Both the position numbers and the translations under genes were made by a program. DNA of 63,177 nt, filler included, from Conidiobolus incongruus B7586 (lineage: Eukaryota): the NCBI GenBank assembly GCA_000697335.1. It is 5 parts of 5 records of this genome, joined end to end, with 100 filler letters (N's around TTAATTAATTAA, not from the genome) between each part and the next. Parts side by side here need not be neighbours in the genome. Positions count along the whole stretch, not along the records: positions 11,697 to 19,820 come from JNEM01006205.1; positions 19,921 to 32,059 come from JNEM01006206.1; 3 more parts are not named here. One strand, given 5' to 3'. Under the pieces are notes generated by a model. That model saw nothing but the letters and a program-made list of their open reading frames with translations, was not told the DNA's origin and did not search any database. The stretch's first letter is position 1. Every line of letters starts with the position of its first letter. Positions 11,973 through 25,956 of the stretch are shown here, piece by piece.

Positions 11973-14333
11973 TTTTAAATATTTCTTTCAGACAATAAAT
12001 GTAATAAATAATTATTTAAATTATTATAGATTTTTAGGAAATATAATATTATCTTATTGATTAAAATAAATATTTCATGAATGTTAAAATAATTATTCAG
12101 CTATTTCAATATGAATATAGTTTTAATTTATATATTTAAATTTTGATATCAACTCATTATATAACGATTTTATATTTGATATATAAAAAGTTTATTTCAA
12201 TTAAGTTTATATTGTATTATAAATTAAATTTTTTTTATTGGGTTTAATATAAAATATTTATAATTAAATATCCATGAAACTATTAATAATATATATTTAT
12301 CAAATTATTCTATAAAAAAACTATATAAATTTTATATCTTAATAATAATTACTTACTTGGATATATTTAATATTATAATATCAGATATAAACTTTGAAAG
12401 TTATTTAACTTATTTATTACCTTGATCATTGAATATTTTATTTATTCATACAAATAATTATCAATAGGAATTATTTCCAAAGGTGGGTTTGGTAATATAT
12501 CCTTTTTAATATTTTTTTTCATTTAAATAAGATATTACAATCAGTTTAGCTTAGGTTTTAATTATATATAATTTGATGTTTTGATATCTTTTAATTTCTC
12601 TGAAGATTATAAAATGGAATAAAAAAATATTTAATAAGAGTTGCATAAATCCTTTTGGTTTAATTTGGTATTTTTATTGATAGTTAGGTTTTTTAAATTG
12701 AGCTTAGGCAATTTAATAGTAAAAATTAAAATTTGATTATTTAATTGAATTGATATTATTTGAGTAATAAAGCCTTACTCTTTTATATTAAAAATAATAA
12801 AAATTATTAACCACCAAATATAATAAATTAGGAGTTTTTAGAATAATATAGTCAACAACAGTATTGAATATATATCTAAAATTACTACTTTAATTAAATT
12901 ATAGATATAACCTTAGATATTGCTATATCTTTAATTAATCTTAATAAGGTGATCAAAAATACATTTGATATTACTTCGAAATTTCATTCATATTGTTGTA
13001 TTCATAATAAGTTTTATTATTAAAATTGCTGTTAGAAAAATAATTATAATATAATTTAGTAGATTATTTATTATTCTTATTTTGTAGTGTATTGGGACAA
13101 TATGTCTTAGAACTTATTATTGAGATATTGTAACAGAATATCTAAAAGAAAAAATTCCTCTTTATCTTTATCACTTTTGGGTTTAAATAATTAATTTAAG
13201 AAAGGATGTGGGGTTTAGTTAAAAACTAACAAAGAAGACAAAGAGAACAAAGAATATCCTTTAATTATAGACTTATAAACTCAGGTTAAAATAAAAATAA
13301 TATTGGTTTAACTGTCAAACTGAACTTGGAGGTTAATTTTGAAATACAACAATATGAAAGTGAATATGTAAAACAAATTTAAGTGGTTGAAAGAAATATG
13401 AGTGTCAAAAGTTGATCAAAGACAAGGTCCTTGTAATAGAAACAATTTAATATTTTAAACTTAAAAAGTTTTTGCATAAAATAGATTTCTTATATTTAAA
13501 CATTTTAAATTTGGTATGCCATATTTGATAAATTTTAAGTCATTACTATTGTACTAATTTTGAAAATTTTTGAATAAAATTTAGATGATGTAAATAGACA
13601 GTTATTGTTCTATTTTCTTAAAACGGAAATATGATTCCTAAAAATAACTATTATCAATTTGGGATGAATAACAATCATTTAATAATTGAATACTTAGCAT
13701 ATTATATTTTCTCGATATATTCATATTTAATTAGTGATATAAAATAACATTAATTTTATTTTAATATATAGAACTTTCAATGATATCTAGAACAATTACT
13801 TTGGATATGCATCATTAATTCATACTATATTGTTTTAATCGTTCATTATTGAATCTCTAAAATTTGTGATATTTGTAATAAAAATTAAATCATCATGAAA
13901 TTTTAATTAGTTCTTGAATTTGTATTGTGATTTAGATTCGGAAAATTAATATTGAATGCTTAGTTGTAATAAATTATTTCAAATTAAACTCATATTGCAT
14001 CTATTAAATATTTAGTTTATACTGTATTTGGAACCTATGAAAACTAAGCCTCATATTTATTCTTTTGATAATTGGTTAGATTTGAAAGAGTTGTTTTCAA
14101 TTAGCATCTCTTTCGCTTCTTAAACATTCTGCGCAACTTTTAATGTTTAAGTTATTTGTCATCAATATTAAAACATTAGATATTGCTAAATCATACTACT
14201 TGTAATACTGTAAAATATATCATATGATCATGTACTAATACATAATTTAAGAATATTAAACGTATAAATACCTCACATACTAAGCCTGATTTTTCATTTA
14301 CCTTCGATCTTTTCAACTGTTTATATGTAAAGA

Positions 14334-14468
14334 ATGTCTACAATTAGCTTACAACAGGTTGCTATCTTGGAAAACTTTACCATTGATCCTAAACAACGAG
14401 AAATCACATTCCCTACAACTAATTCAAATACTATAAATACAACTTCAAGTACCGCTCCTTCGTCTTAA
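14334..14468 (+). CDS. FTIDPK-family microprotein, paralogue A3, 44 aa, no KFPWF tail (MSTISLQQVAILENFTIDPKQREITFPTTNSNTINTTSSTAPSS)
   Basis: Hand translation. First 27 aa are near-identical to A1. TATAAATA at 14263. Confidence 0.75.
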   Translation: MSTISLQQVAILENFTIDPKQREITFPTTNSNTINTTSSTAPSS

Positions 14469-15385
14469 TCTTCATTATATATAAATGGTACTTATTAAAC
14501 ATTACAATTAGACAAGTTATATAAATATATTTCTGAAATAAACTTAAACAAATATAATTTATTTTCATAATTTCAAATACATTGTCAAATTATGGTAAAT
14601 ATATATCAATCAGAAAATTACATTGTAATTTTGGATAATATATACTGAACTTTATTCTTATAATATTTTGAAAATTTTAAATATATAAATATAACTATTA
14701 GTAAATGTAAATGTTTCTATTCAATCAAATTGATATCAAACTTGATTTTATTGATTGAATAATTTTTCCTTATAAATTATTATTATTACTTACCTAATTC
14801 AATAATGGAATAAAGTATATACTGCTGAAAACATATTTTAAATTTTTGATTAAGGACTAGATAGCCAAATTAATAATAGTCAAATATAAATTACCATAAA
14901 ATTTATTATATTTTAGGACTATATTTAATCAAATAACTTTAAAAAATTGATGATATAAACATTCAAGATCAATCCCGAAATCGATATTTATTTATATCAT
15001 TTGATTATTTGATATTTTAATATTTATAGGATAATGTAAAATATTAGTTATTAATAATTGATATCTATGTTAAAATATTAATACAGTAGTTAAATATTGA
15101 ATTAAATGTTTGATATTAATAGTTGTAAAATTTAACTAAGATTATTGAAATATGTAATTATGCTTGAGGATGAAAATTTGCACTGTTACCAATTATTAAA
15201 ATCAGTGAACTATTAAATATTTGCATAGATATATTTTTGGACTTTGTATATGTATATTCTATTATTCACAATTATAATATTCAACTGAGAAACAAATTAT
15301 TTGTTCTTTATTTGTAATATTATTGAGTTCATATGATAATTTTTCTATCAAATTTATTCCAATCTAAAACACATTTTTATTGATA

Positions 15386-15490
15386 TTACCTTGAATTTGA
15401 AGAAATGGGAAATTTTTTAATTTCTGATTTTTCAAACATATTATTAGTTTGAAATAAATAAATATATACAAATTAATAGGAAATTATATA

Positions 15491-15534
<44 letters not shown>

Positions 15535-16712
15535 ATTTTTTTGATTAAAAAATTAACTTTTTAAAATTGGTTTTAATTTAATTATGCTTAAATTAAATAG
15601 TGATCATCAAAAGTCTTTTATTTTAGTATCAGTAAAACTTAACTATAAGCCCTCTAAAATTATTTAAAATTTACAAGCAGCTTTTGGTAATAAAGTATTA
15701 TCTAAATAAACAATTTATTGCTAGGTAAATTACTTTAAAACTAAGAGAGAAACTATTTAAAACCTGCTAAAATCTAAAAAACTAACTTTAACTGTTATTC
15801 TTTTAAATGTTAATAGAGTGAAAAAATATATTGAAAAACACCTTTTTATTTCAGCTAAAAAATTATCTAAACACTTTAATATTAGTTGTATAAGTATTTT
15901 ATATATATTAAAGTTTAAACTCAAATTAATAAATAAAAATGTAAAATGGGTATCTTATAATTTAACTAAAGCTTAAAAAAAGCTAGAGTAGTTATTGCTA
16001 AATAAAACTTACTAAAATATTACTAGAAGCTTAAACTTTTACAACAAATAATTATAATTGATGAATCTTAGATTTTTATATATAATCCTTTACTAAAACA
16101 CAAATCAAGATGCTAGATTAAGCTAAATCAACTTTTTTTATAAATCCCTTTAAATAAATATTTTGTTAATAAGCAAATATTAATTATTATAATAGATTAT
16201 AATAGTATATGCTACTCTTATTTAGTTCCTAAAAGAAAATCAATTAATAGTAAACTTTATATTACTTTTTTAAATATAAGTATTTCTAAATAGTGTTCTC
16301 AATATAATTTAAGAAGACTTATTATTTTACATGATAATTGTAAAATTCATAAATCTAAAGCTGTAAAAAACTTTCTAATTAAAAATAACTAGAAAAAACT
16401 ACCACATCTAGTATATTCTTTAGATTATAACCTATGTGATTATAATTGCTTTAAGCAATTAAAAAACCAGCTTACAAGAAAGAAAATTTCTACAAAAAAA
16501 ATTTAATTGGTTTGTAAAATATCAAATTTTAGTTTTTAATAGAAAGAACTGTTTTTTAAGTGTTAGATCTTTGCTAAAAGTATAGCAAAAAGTTATTAAT
16601 AATAAAAGAAACTATTAAATTTATATTATATATTTATTTTTATATATTATATATTACAATATTTATTTATTTTCAATTCCAAAAAATTCCTATTATTAAA
16701 AATACATAGTAA
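15386..16712 (+). mobile_element. Full-length (~1.33 kb) dead mariner (DD34D) transposon
   Basis: Imperfect TIRs flanked by TA at 15384-85 and 16713-14. Transposase relic from ATG 15584: KWVSYNL (WVPHEL-like), IIIDES*I (first D), HDNCKIH (D at 16333), HLVYSLDYNLCDY (D at 16438), giving 34 residues between the last two Ds. Many stops and a frameshift. Confidence 0.9.
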
Positions 16713-17601
16713 TATTAAAAATTTATTTCAAATTTTAATTTAATAACATAATGATATTTTACAATAACTTGAAAATTATATATTAAAAAATATTTAGATA
16801 TTGGAAACTTGTTTTATTAAGCAGAATATACTTATATTATTTCTAATATATAATAATAAGGAAATGAAAATAATAATAATAATTTAAGCTCTCTGATTAA
16901 TAATATATATAATAAACTATATTAATTTTAACTCTTTCCAATATTACCCAATATAAAACCAATCAAAATTATATTCTTGTTCACTATATCCATATTAGGC
17001 ATTATTTAAGAATTCAAATTTAATAACATATGGTTGAAATATGTGGTTAATAGATATATTGAATAACATATCAACTCATATTGATTTAATATTGGACACA
17101 TCTATATTTAATTGATATGATGTTATATTTTAATACTATATTTTAAAATTGCTCACAATGTTTGCATAGGATAAATTATAAATTTTATTCAAGTTTACAA
17201 GTTTAAATAATATAATAATATGAAATTATCTCTAATATAAATAAATACATATGTAATGCCATGACTTATTGAAAGATTCTGTTTGGTAAAAATTTTATAA
17301 ACAAATGAATTTATTTGCATTTAACAAAATATAAAATGATATTTTGAAAAACAAAACTATAATCATATTACCTAGTTTAGTTTGATTAATTTATTATCAA
17401 AAACAAAAAATCTCAAAGCTTTCAAATATAGAAATTTATAGTTTAGAAACCAGACAATCATTGCATAAGTCAAAAAAAATTGACCATCAAAGAATATTAT
17501 AAATGTACCATTTTCTTTGTATTAGTATAAATGAGAATAGTTTCTTTCATAAAACATCATCAATTCAGCTTATTATTTACCTTATTATTGATTTTTCTAA
17601 A

Positions 17602-17847
17602 ATGCCTAGAATCTCTTCGAAAAGCTTGATTCCTATTAAACGTAACAAACCAAGCCATCGAACATTTAATTCCATCTTGAAACCTGTCTCACATAACCTC
17701 ATAAACCAATTAGAGAAACTAAGCAATGTCGGTAAGGTGAATCATGCACAACTGAAGCCCAAGATGACTTCGTTATTACTACCTATTCAATTACAAGAAT
17801 TTTGCTCAAATCAAAAGTTACCTTACATTCTATCTAATTACAAATAG
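17602..17847 (+). CDS. Hypothetical 81-aa basic protein (MPRISSKSLIPIKRNKPSHR...)
   Basis: Locally GC-richer ORF with aaaATG context and TATAAAT ~75 nt upstream (17526). No recognisable domain. Confidence 0.35.
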   Translation: MPRISSKSLIPIKRNKPSHRTFNSILKPVSHNLINQLEKLSNVGKVNHAQLKPKMTSLLLPIQLQEFCSNQKLPYILSNYK

Positions 17848-19654
17848 TTTCATAGCTTATACTAATTGGAGTATTGAACTATTGTATATAGACATGAAGT
17901 GACTATATATTGTAATATTTTATGATATATAATCAATAACTCTCTTTGTCAATCCATATCAAATATTCTTCCTATTCATTTTATATTTTTATAGTCATAT
18001 TATAGCATGATTAGTGTACTTTAAAACTATATAAAATGGACATATTCTTAATTGGGTTAAGAAATTCTCTGGACAATAACTCAACGCCTTATAATATCGA
18101 ATTTAATAATATAACAATCTATAATTATAACAAATATGTCCTAATATATACTTCAGAATTTGTGTATTTCTTTCTTTAATATTCAACTTTAGATTGAAAT
18201 TATTTCCCAAAATTTCTATTAAATGACAAATATTATTTATATATTTAATATTTTTATTAATTAAGCAAATATAAAAATATCATTTAACATACTATATAGG
18301 ATTATAAGGCTTTATAATTATTTTATTCAACTTTTTAATTAAGCTAAAAGCCAAAGAATATCCAATATCATATAAAATATATTCAAATATATTTACTTAA
18401 GCCAAAAATCTTTAGATTTTTATTAAAAACTGATATAGATTTATCTCTGTAATTTGACATATCAATAGTTTTATAAATATATTATATTTTCAATTATCAT
18501 ATTAATTTCAAATATTAAATAGTATTAGTAATCAATTATTCATAATTTAGATAATTACCTTGCAATAAATTATATTTTGTTTTTTATTAAAAATACAAAC
18601 TTTAAAAAATTTAATTAATAATTTAAATATATATTATATGCTTTGTAATAATATATATTAATAAAATTAAAATCTTTTGTTTTATTTTTTTATATGAATT
18701 AAATATCTGGTATACTATATATAGTATTATTTTTGGATATATTATATTTTATGGGCTTTTTTAATACGCAAAAACATAAAAAGTATAAAAAATGAATATT
18801 ATATAAGAATATATATTTTGTCATCCCAGACTCAGAAATAAAAATAATTTTGAAGACTTAAATAACTATCTAGGAAAACTAAGTGTAATTATTCCAGGGT
18901 TAAAACTTTAGATATATTTATATGTTTATCAAATTTATCATTCTTAACTAATTTATTTTTCAAATATCTTGAAATTTGGGATTCAATAAAAATAAATTTT
19001 AGAAAATATAGTTTAAACCATTTTTATATTATACACTATTCTATACCGAATATTGGATTTTCGCTTATTAATATAGTATACTTATATCTCAGAATGATTT
19101 TAAATCTGATTAAACAAGAAATTTATTATCATGATATATTACTTAATTATATTATTTATAATAATTATAGAATATAAACAATAGTAATAATCAATTTCAA
19201 TACATTCACTTTTTTAGTTTTTATTATTATATTGAATTATTATTTTGACTGAGTGAGTTTTATTCAATAAATTAACCATTAAATTTATATAATTTTATTT
19301 ATTAACATGGCATTATATATCATAATATTTGAATAATTCTAAATAATTTCAAAATTAATTGAAATTTAAAAAACTTTATTTTTAAAAATTAATTGATTAT
19401 ATAAATTGATCTGTGTTTTAATTTTGAAACAATACTCAATTTACCTAGTTTAGATTAATTGATGGCAATATATAAAATATACTATGATAATTAATTAAAT
19501 TCCTAAATCAAATATTTATGAATTATAATAATCACAGTCATTGACTTATATTATTAAAGAATATCATAAATTATTTCAAACTCTTTGAGTATATTAAAAT
19601 ATATTTGTATATTAATAAATGATTAATTTATTTTAATAAAAAAATTATAATTTA

Positions 19655-20094
19655 TTACTCTGCATTTTTAATAATGGGAATTTTTTGCAATTAAAAATAA
19701 ATAAACATTTGAATATATGATATATAAAAATAAATATATAATATAAATTTAATAGTTTCTTTTATTATTAATAACTTTTTGCTATACTTTTAGCAAACTT
19801 CTAACACTTAAAAAACAGTTNNNNNNNNNNNNNNNNNNNNNNNNNNNNNNNNNNNNNNNNNNNNTTAATTAATTAANNNNNNNNNNNNNNNNNNNNNNNN
19901 NNNNNNNNNNNNNNNNNNNNCCAATTTTAAAAAGTTAATTTTTTAATCAAAAAAACTAATATATATATATATATATATATATTAAAAATATATAATTTCC
20001 TATTAACTTTGTATATATTTATTCATTTCAAACTAATAATATGTTTGAAAAATCAGAAATTAAAAAATTTCCCATTATTTCAAATTCAAGGTAA
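19655..20094 (-). mobile_element. Mariner-family element: both termini present, interior lost in an assembly gap
   Basis: 19655-19820 matches the reverse complement of ~16547-16712. 19921-20094 matches the reverse complement of ~15386-15570. TA on both flanks. Confidence 0.85.
19821..19920. other. Assembly gap with linker
   Basis: N-run with TTAATTAATTAA. Confidence 0.97.
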
Positions 20095-23000
20095 TATAAT
20101 ATCAAACCAAGTAGACTCAACTTTTCAAAAGCTCAATTTTTAATAAAATATTGAATTAAAATTAAATATTTTAATTCTTGCAAGATATATTTAATTTAAC
20201 CAAAAAATCATATCAGGTTCAAATAACCACAAAATCTAAACTTTGTTCAATTGAATTCAAAAATGAATCGCTTGAATTTTTAATTAAAATGTAAATCGAA
20301 TATCAGAAAAAGATTATGGCCCAAACTTTAGCTTGTAAGTACGCAATTTTAATAATTGATTACATAATAAGCATAAATATATTAAAAATTAATATAATAA
20401 TTTTTTTTAGTTTTAAATTATTTAAGTATAAGAATAAATATATTAATTTCAATTGATATATATATTCCTATTCTTTCTTATAATATAACGAATATAAAAT
20501 TTTTTTAAGAAAGTATACCAAATAATAATTATTGTCAATTAGTATACACAAACCTAGTCTATTAATCAGGATATATTCATTTTGAATCAATTTATAAACT
20601 CTTAATTTTTTTTTAAAATTTGCTTATTTTTGGCTTATAAATATAAATTATTATTTCAATATTCATATTATCAATTTAATTAATAGTTAATCAATACTAT
20701 CAAAGTTTTAAACTCAATCAAATTAGTTTTCAATTTAAAACAATATCAATTAAAATTCATATATCAATATATAAAAATTATTGATCGAATATAGAGCCAA
20801 TATATCCTAAATTCCTATATTGATATAAGTATTTAATCATATTAAAAATGCTTTGAAGAAGATGTTAAAAAACTTATTAAACCATCGAAGTTACTTTGTA
20901 TATATAATTAATAATAAATTATTATCTGAGCTTTAATTAGATAAAAAGAACAATATAATTTTTATGTTCCTGCAAATAAATAATTTATCAAAAATTTTTC
21001 AATATTGTTTTGAAAAAATCTTGAATAAAATATTAATTAATAAATATAAATCTACTTTCTCTATTGTATAACTCTATACTTTTAGTTAATTTTCATTATT
21101 AATGACTATATTCTGACTAATTTTTATATATTTTTGCGAATTATTTCTTTTTAAAATTTTATTATAGGAGATTATAGATTATAAATTCAATATTTATGTA
21201 ACTTAATAAGCTAAATAATATCTTTGAAATAATAACACTTATAAGCTTAAGTAAATTTAAATATGAACTAATATATATTTTAACTAGAATATTAATAAAT
21301 AATAAATCCAGGTTCATCATGTTAGCTATTAAATATATACTTAAATAATGATTGATTTGAAGAAAATATAAAATCAATTGATTCATATTATATGATTAAT
21401 AATAATAATAAATCATGATAGTAGTATTTTGTTAATTAAAAACTTTATCTCTTTAGACTAATCATTATTAATTTTCAAATGAGTTCAATAAAATTAAAAT
21501 TTTGTCAATTTAACCCTGTAAAATTTATGACATTAAAAATTATTTTATTTCTATAGAGCTGTAAATTATTAGTATATAGTTATTTATATTGATTTTCTTA
21601 TTAATATAATATTATTTACACTCTAGGGTATAGAATTTATTTTAGTCTTGAAGGTATTAAAAATAAGTATTTGAAGAATTATTTGATCAATAAATATTAT
21701 CATATATAAGTAAAAAATATTTAATACCGTAAATGATATCAAATAACTATATAGTTGAAATTTAAGAATATAAAGGATCAGGTTAAAAAATGACTCAATA
21801 GAGATTTACAATGGCAATCACATCATATGTAATATTTATACATAATATTCAACATAAAATTTTTGGAGAATTCAATACCGAGATGACTCTTTTTAGAGAG
21901 TTTGGCAAGTGATGGTTTCAAACACTGATAATGAAAATTAGAAATAAAGTTAATTTCTAAAATAAATTTTAGAATTAAATATTTTGATATTAAAATTTAT
22001 TTTATAAAAACAAGTCAAGTAATTTAAGGCTTATAAAGTTTATAAAAGATAATTGAATCATCAAGTCAGAATAATATATCTTTAAAATTGAATATTTTAA
22101 TGATTTGGTAAACTCTTAATTAAAAGTTGTAATTTGGTATTTTACTATATGTATATCCATTTATACAAAAAGTAATGAAGTAATAATCAAGAAAATGGTA
22201 AAATTGCAACAACGAAAGAAAATTTCATTTATCCATGTCAAATAACAAATAAATATCTGTGAATAGGTTACTGATTTATAATTACTAAGCATTTGCAATG
22301 TGAATTATAGCCCGGTATCCACAAATAATTCGTAACACAATATGCTCAATATAAATATATCTATAAGTTGATACATATTTAGCAATTTATTTCATATGGC
22401 AATTTCTTATTTACATATAAATTACGTAATTTACCAAATCCAATTAAAAAATTGTAGTCCGAAAATTTCCGAAGCATTTTAAAAAATTGACAGGTGTAAA
22501 ACGTAATTTTATTTTGACTTTTGGGTGAGAATTTTCAATCCCAATATTTGAATATTATTATTTTAAAATGCCCAACAGTTGAATTGGTTTATATTAAATT
22601 ATTTAGTTTATATTATATTAATTTAACATAAACCAGCCCTTTTAATTATTTGTTCTACTTTATTTAAACTGAAACATTAACATTGATTGGAATATCTATA
22701 GTGCAAAACAATGTCTTCAGCATTTATATTCAATAGCCAAATTAACCCAAATCCTAATCTATATTTTGATTAATGTCAATATATAAAATCCAATAAAAAC
22801 CAATCAAAAACATACATATGGTATATTATATTTGAAAATATATTTTCTCAACTCTCTCAATTTTTGATATCTATAAGCTTTATCAGTTCAATTTATCTCA
22901 ATCCATGAACAATCAAAATTGGGATCATATTGTGATTAATATATTTTTAGCTCATTATACAAAGATTGATAATATATTATTTTTAGATAATTAAACATTG

Positions 23001-23290
23001 CATAAGTAATACTTATTAGGTAATTATTACAGTATTGACTATAACAAGCGAAGGATTGTTCATTTTTAATATATCTAGAATAGTTCAGAATATAATTGAA
23101 TGCTGTTATTAATACATATGTTAATATTGACTGCTTTATATGTTATGAATAAAGTTTAAAACTTGAATAAAATAACAAAGATTGAATAGAAGCGATCGTA
23201 ACTATTGGCCAAAATGCCATATAAAAGGACTCCATTTCAATGGATTTATTTGATCAACTACACTATATTTTCAAATTACCATTATTCCAA

Positions 23291-23461
23291 ATGAGAACTA
23301 TTAATTTACATCGCATCGCTCTCTTTGAAACATTCACTATCGATCCCAAACTACGTCAAAAAGTCTTTCCAGAGTCAGCCAGAAGCAGTTTAAATTCGAG
23401 CAAGAGACAGATATACACTTCCGAATCAAAGCGTTTTAAAGTCAAATTTCCTTGGCTTTGA
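23291..23461 (+). CDS. FTIDPK/KFPW-family microprotein, paralogue B3, 56 aa (MRTINLHRIALFETFTIDPKLRQKVFPESARSSLNSSKRQIYTSESKRFKVKFPWL)
   Basis: C-terminal part of track ORF 23240-23461, started at the family-aligned ATG. TATAAAA at 23220. Confidence 0.82.
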   Translation: MRTINLHRIALFETFTIDPKLRQKVFPESARSSLNSSKRQIYTSESKRFKVKFPWL

Positions 23462-24358
23462 AATCTGAATCAAGATTTTAATTCCTAATTTCAATCAGCT
23501 AGCAAATTTCAATTTTTGCATTATAATACTATTCATTTCATATCGCCATTGTAAATAAATTTGTTCTGTTTACTAAATTATTTAGATTATTTTCTTTAAT
23601 ACATTAATTTTGTAATCAAATATATAAATATTAAGTTTCAATAGATTTTCAGAATAATAGCTATTTGCAATGTTCTTAAATGGATAAGTATATATTTAAG
23701 TGGCAAGCTACAATTTTTTATTTCTTCACCCAACTAGATTCAAAAAATACTCATCTGTCATATTAAATTGATCTTTAATATTACAGAAACTTTGTAAATC
23801 GCCAATAAATCGGCATATGAAAATAATCAGTATACTGACTATTTGTGTTGCATTTTATTATTCAATTCTTCGTGCCATATCGTATCTTTTACTAACAATG
23901 TAAGATATAAAAACATCAAGACATTAAATATGCCTTTGAATTGCCTTACTTTGATAAATGATATTCCCAAATGATGTCATCAAAATATCCGAAACCCCAA
24001 AAATCTTTGTGTAGTACGTTTGTATTCATCTAGTGCCTGCATAAATGGTAAAAATTATCCAATTGGCAATTTTTTCTAAAGTATCCGATTGAAAAAAAAA
24101 ATGCAGTTAAAAGATTTAAAATGTAGCGAATAATAAAGAATAATGGCTTTCGGGTATTAATGGCTAAATATGTAAGGTGAGAATTTCATAAAACTTTGTA
24201 ATTCCGAAAATAGTAACACAAGGAACGTTTAGTCAAATATTGAGTTCATGAGAATTTTGATCCCTTATGAAATTAGTGGTATATAAACAATTGAAATGAT
24301 CTATATTTTCATCATCAATTCGAATTATTAAGTCAAATCTCAAGTAAATAATATCAAA

Positions 24359-24529
24359 ATGGCCTCCATCTGTCCTCAACAAATCGCTCTCATCGAAACT
24401 TTTACCATCGATCCCAAGATGCGCGAGCAAGTCTTTCCAGGATCTGCCAGAAGCAGTTTAGAATCAACCTCAGGATATCATCAAGAATCTGAGCCCAAGC
24501 GTTTTAAGTTCAAGTTTCCCTGGTTTTAA
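24359..24529 (+). CDS. FTIDPK/KFPWF-family microprotein B2 (second copy), 56 aa
   Basis: Hand translation from caaaATG to TAA. TATATAAA at 24280. Confidence 0.85.
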   Translation: MASICPQQIALIETFTIDPKMREQVFPGSARSSLESTSGYHQESEPKRFKFKFPWF

Positions 24530-25956
24530 TTCACTTGCATTCATCCATCTCCTTCAAGTATAAGACTGTGTCTATCGCAAAAAGTTGTAAATAACTATTA
24601 TATATATATATATCATCATTCATTTATACATTTTATATAATTAATAAAAAGTTATACCATTAAAATACGATTTAATAGCATTCTTATTATTCATTTAAGT
24701 TTAATATTTTAAGGAAATGATTATAATTAACTATTTCTTATACTTCAATTCAACTTTTTGAATAATTGGAGTTTCCAAAGTCGCAAACCAAATGGCAATA
24801 ATCTAATCAATCCAACTTTTGATATGTTTGAATTGATTGTATATACAAAATAATTACATCAATATTGTAAATTTGTATTATCACATCGATTCATTTATAA
24901 GACTATGATTAAGAATAGTCATATCATGTGTAATAATATTAAGCTTCAATATCAATTTAAAGTATGCAAGGGTTAGAAATGATGCCAATGCAAGAATAAA
25001 ATTTTCAAGAAGGATGTTATGATGCTAAGTAATCCTGTTGAATAGACACGAGATAAATTTTAAATTCATTTTACTATGATAATTTTCTTTTTATTCTATT
25101 TATAATATTGAAACATTGTATAATAACCTATATTTCAATCATTACAAAATGACTTGTTAAAGCAATCTTTATATTTTTCTATTAAAAATATTATTATTGT
25201 TGAAATTTCTAGAATAATTTTATTCAATAAATATGGCAGCTAATAATTATGATTTAGTATCATCTTCATTGATATTGTTCTTTTAATACTACATATAGGC
25301 ATTATTTATATGCACTAATCATTGATAAAGCTAACCCAATAATCTATTATTTCAATTACAATGTTAATAATTGTCACTTGTCCAAACACTGACACTGAAT
25401 TATATAATTTATTTTTAATCAAAAAATTATGATAAATATCAAACATAATAATGATCAACTATTCAGTAAGTTAAATATAGCTATCAATGGATAAATCTTA
25501 TATTTTTAAAATTGGCTGACTTGGAAATAATATTTAATATAACTTTAATCAATTAATAAAATAAAGTATGATGTAATGAATAGGCGATGTAACCTAGCAA
25601 AAATGATAAACCCTCTTCATCAATCAATTGGCAATGTTCCACAATAAGATACCATTTCTCCATTTGGTAAATTGTTTCCAAACTGATAAATATAGAATTG
25701 ATTAAAAAGATTAAAATAAGTGCAAATGACAATCCAGAATAATACAAATTCGGAATATTACGTAATCAAATATATTAAAATATTCACATATCCATAAGTC
25801 CTCAAACACTGTATGATCTATTATAAACTATTACTAATAATATTAATAATATCTATCTACGCATTAGTTATTTTGGTGTATATAAAGGGATGATTTCGTT
25901 AGTAGTTGATCATCAGTTCAAACTCATTACTTATACCATAAGCGATTACAAATAAA

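Noticed and set aside
12400..13330. Possible decayed retroelement ORF on the minus strand
   Set aside because: Looks like eroded coding sequence, but I could not recover any diagnostic motif.
23240..23290. 17-aa N-terminal extension of B3 given by the ORF track
   Set aside because: The upstream ATG is only ~20 nt after the TATA box and has no counterpart in the other paralogues. The family-aligned ATG is 23291.
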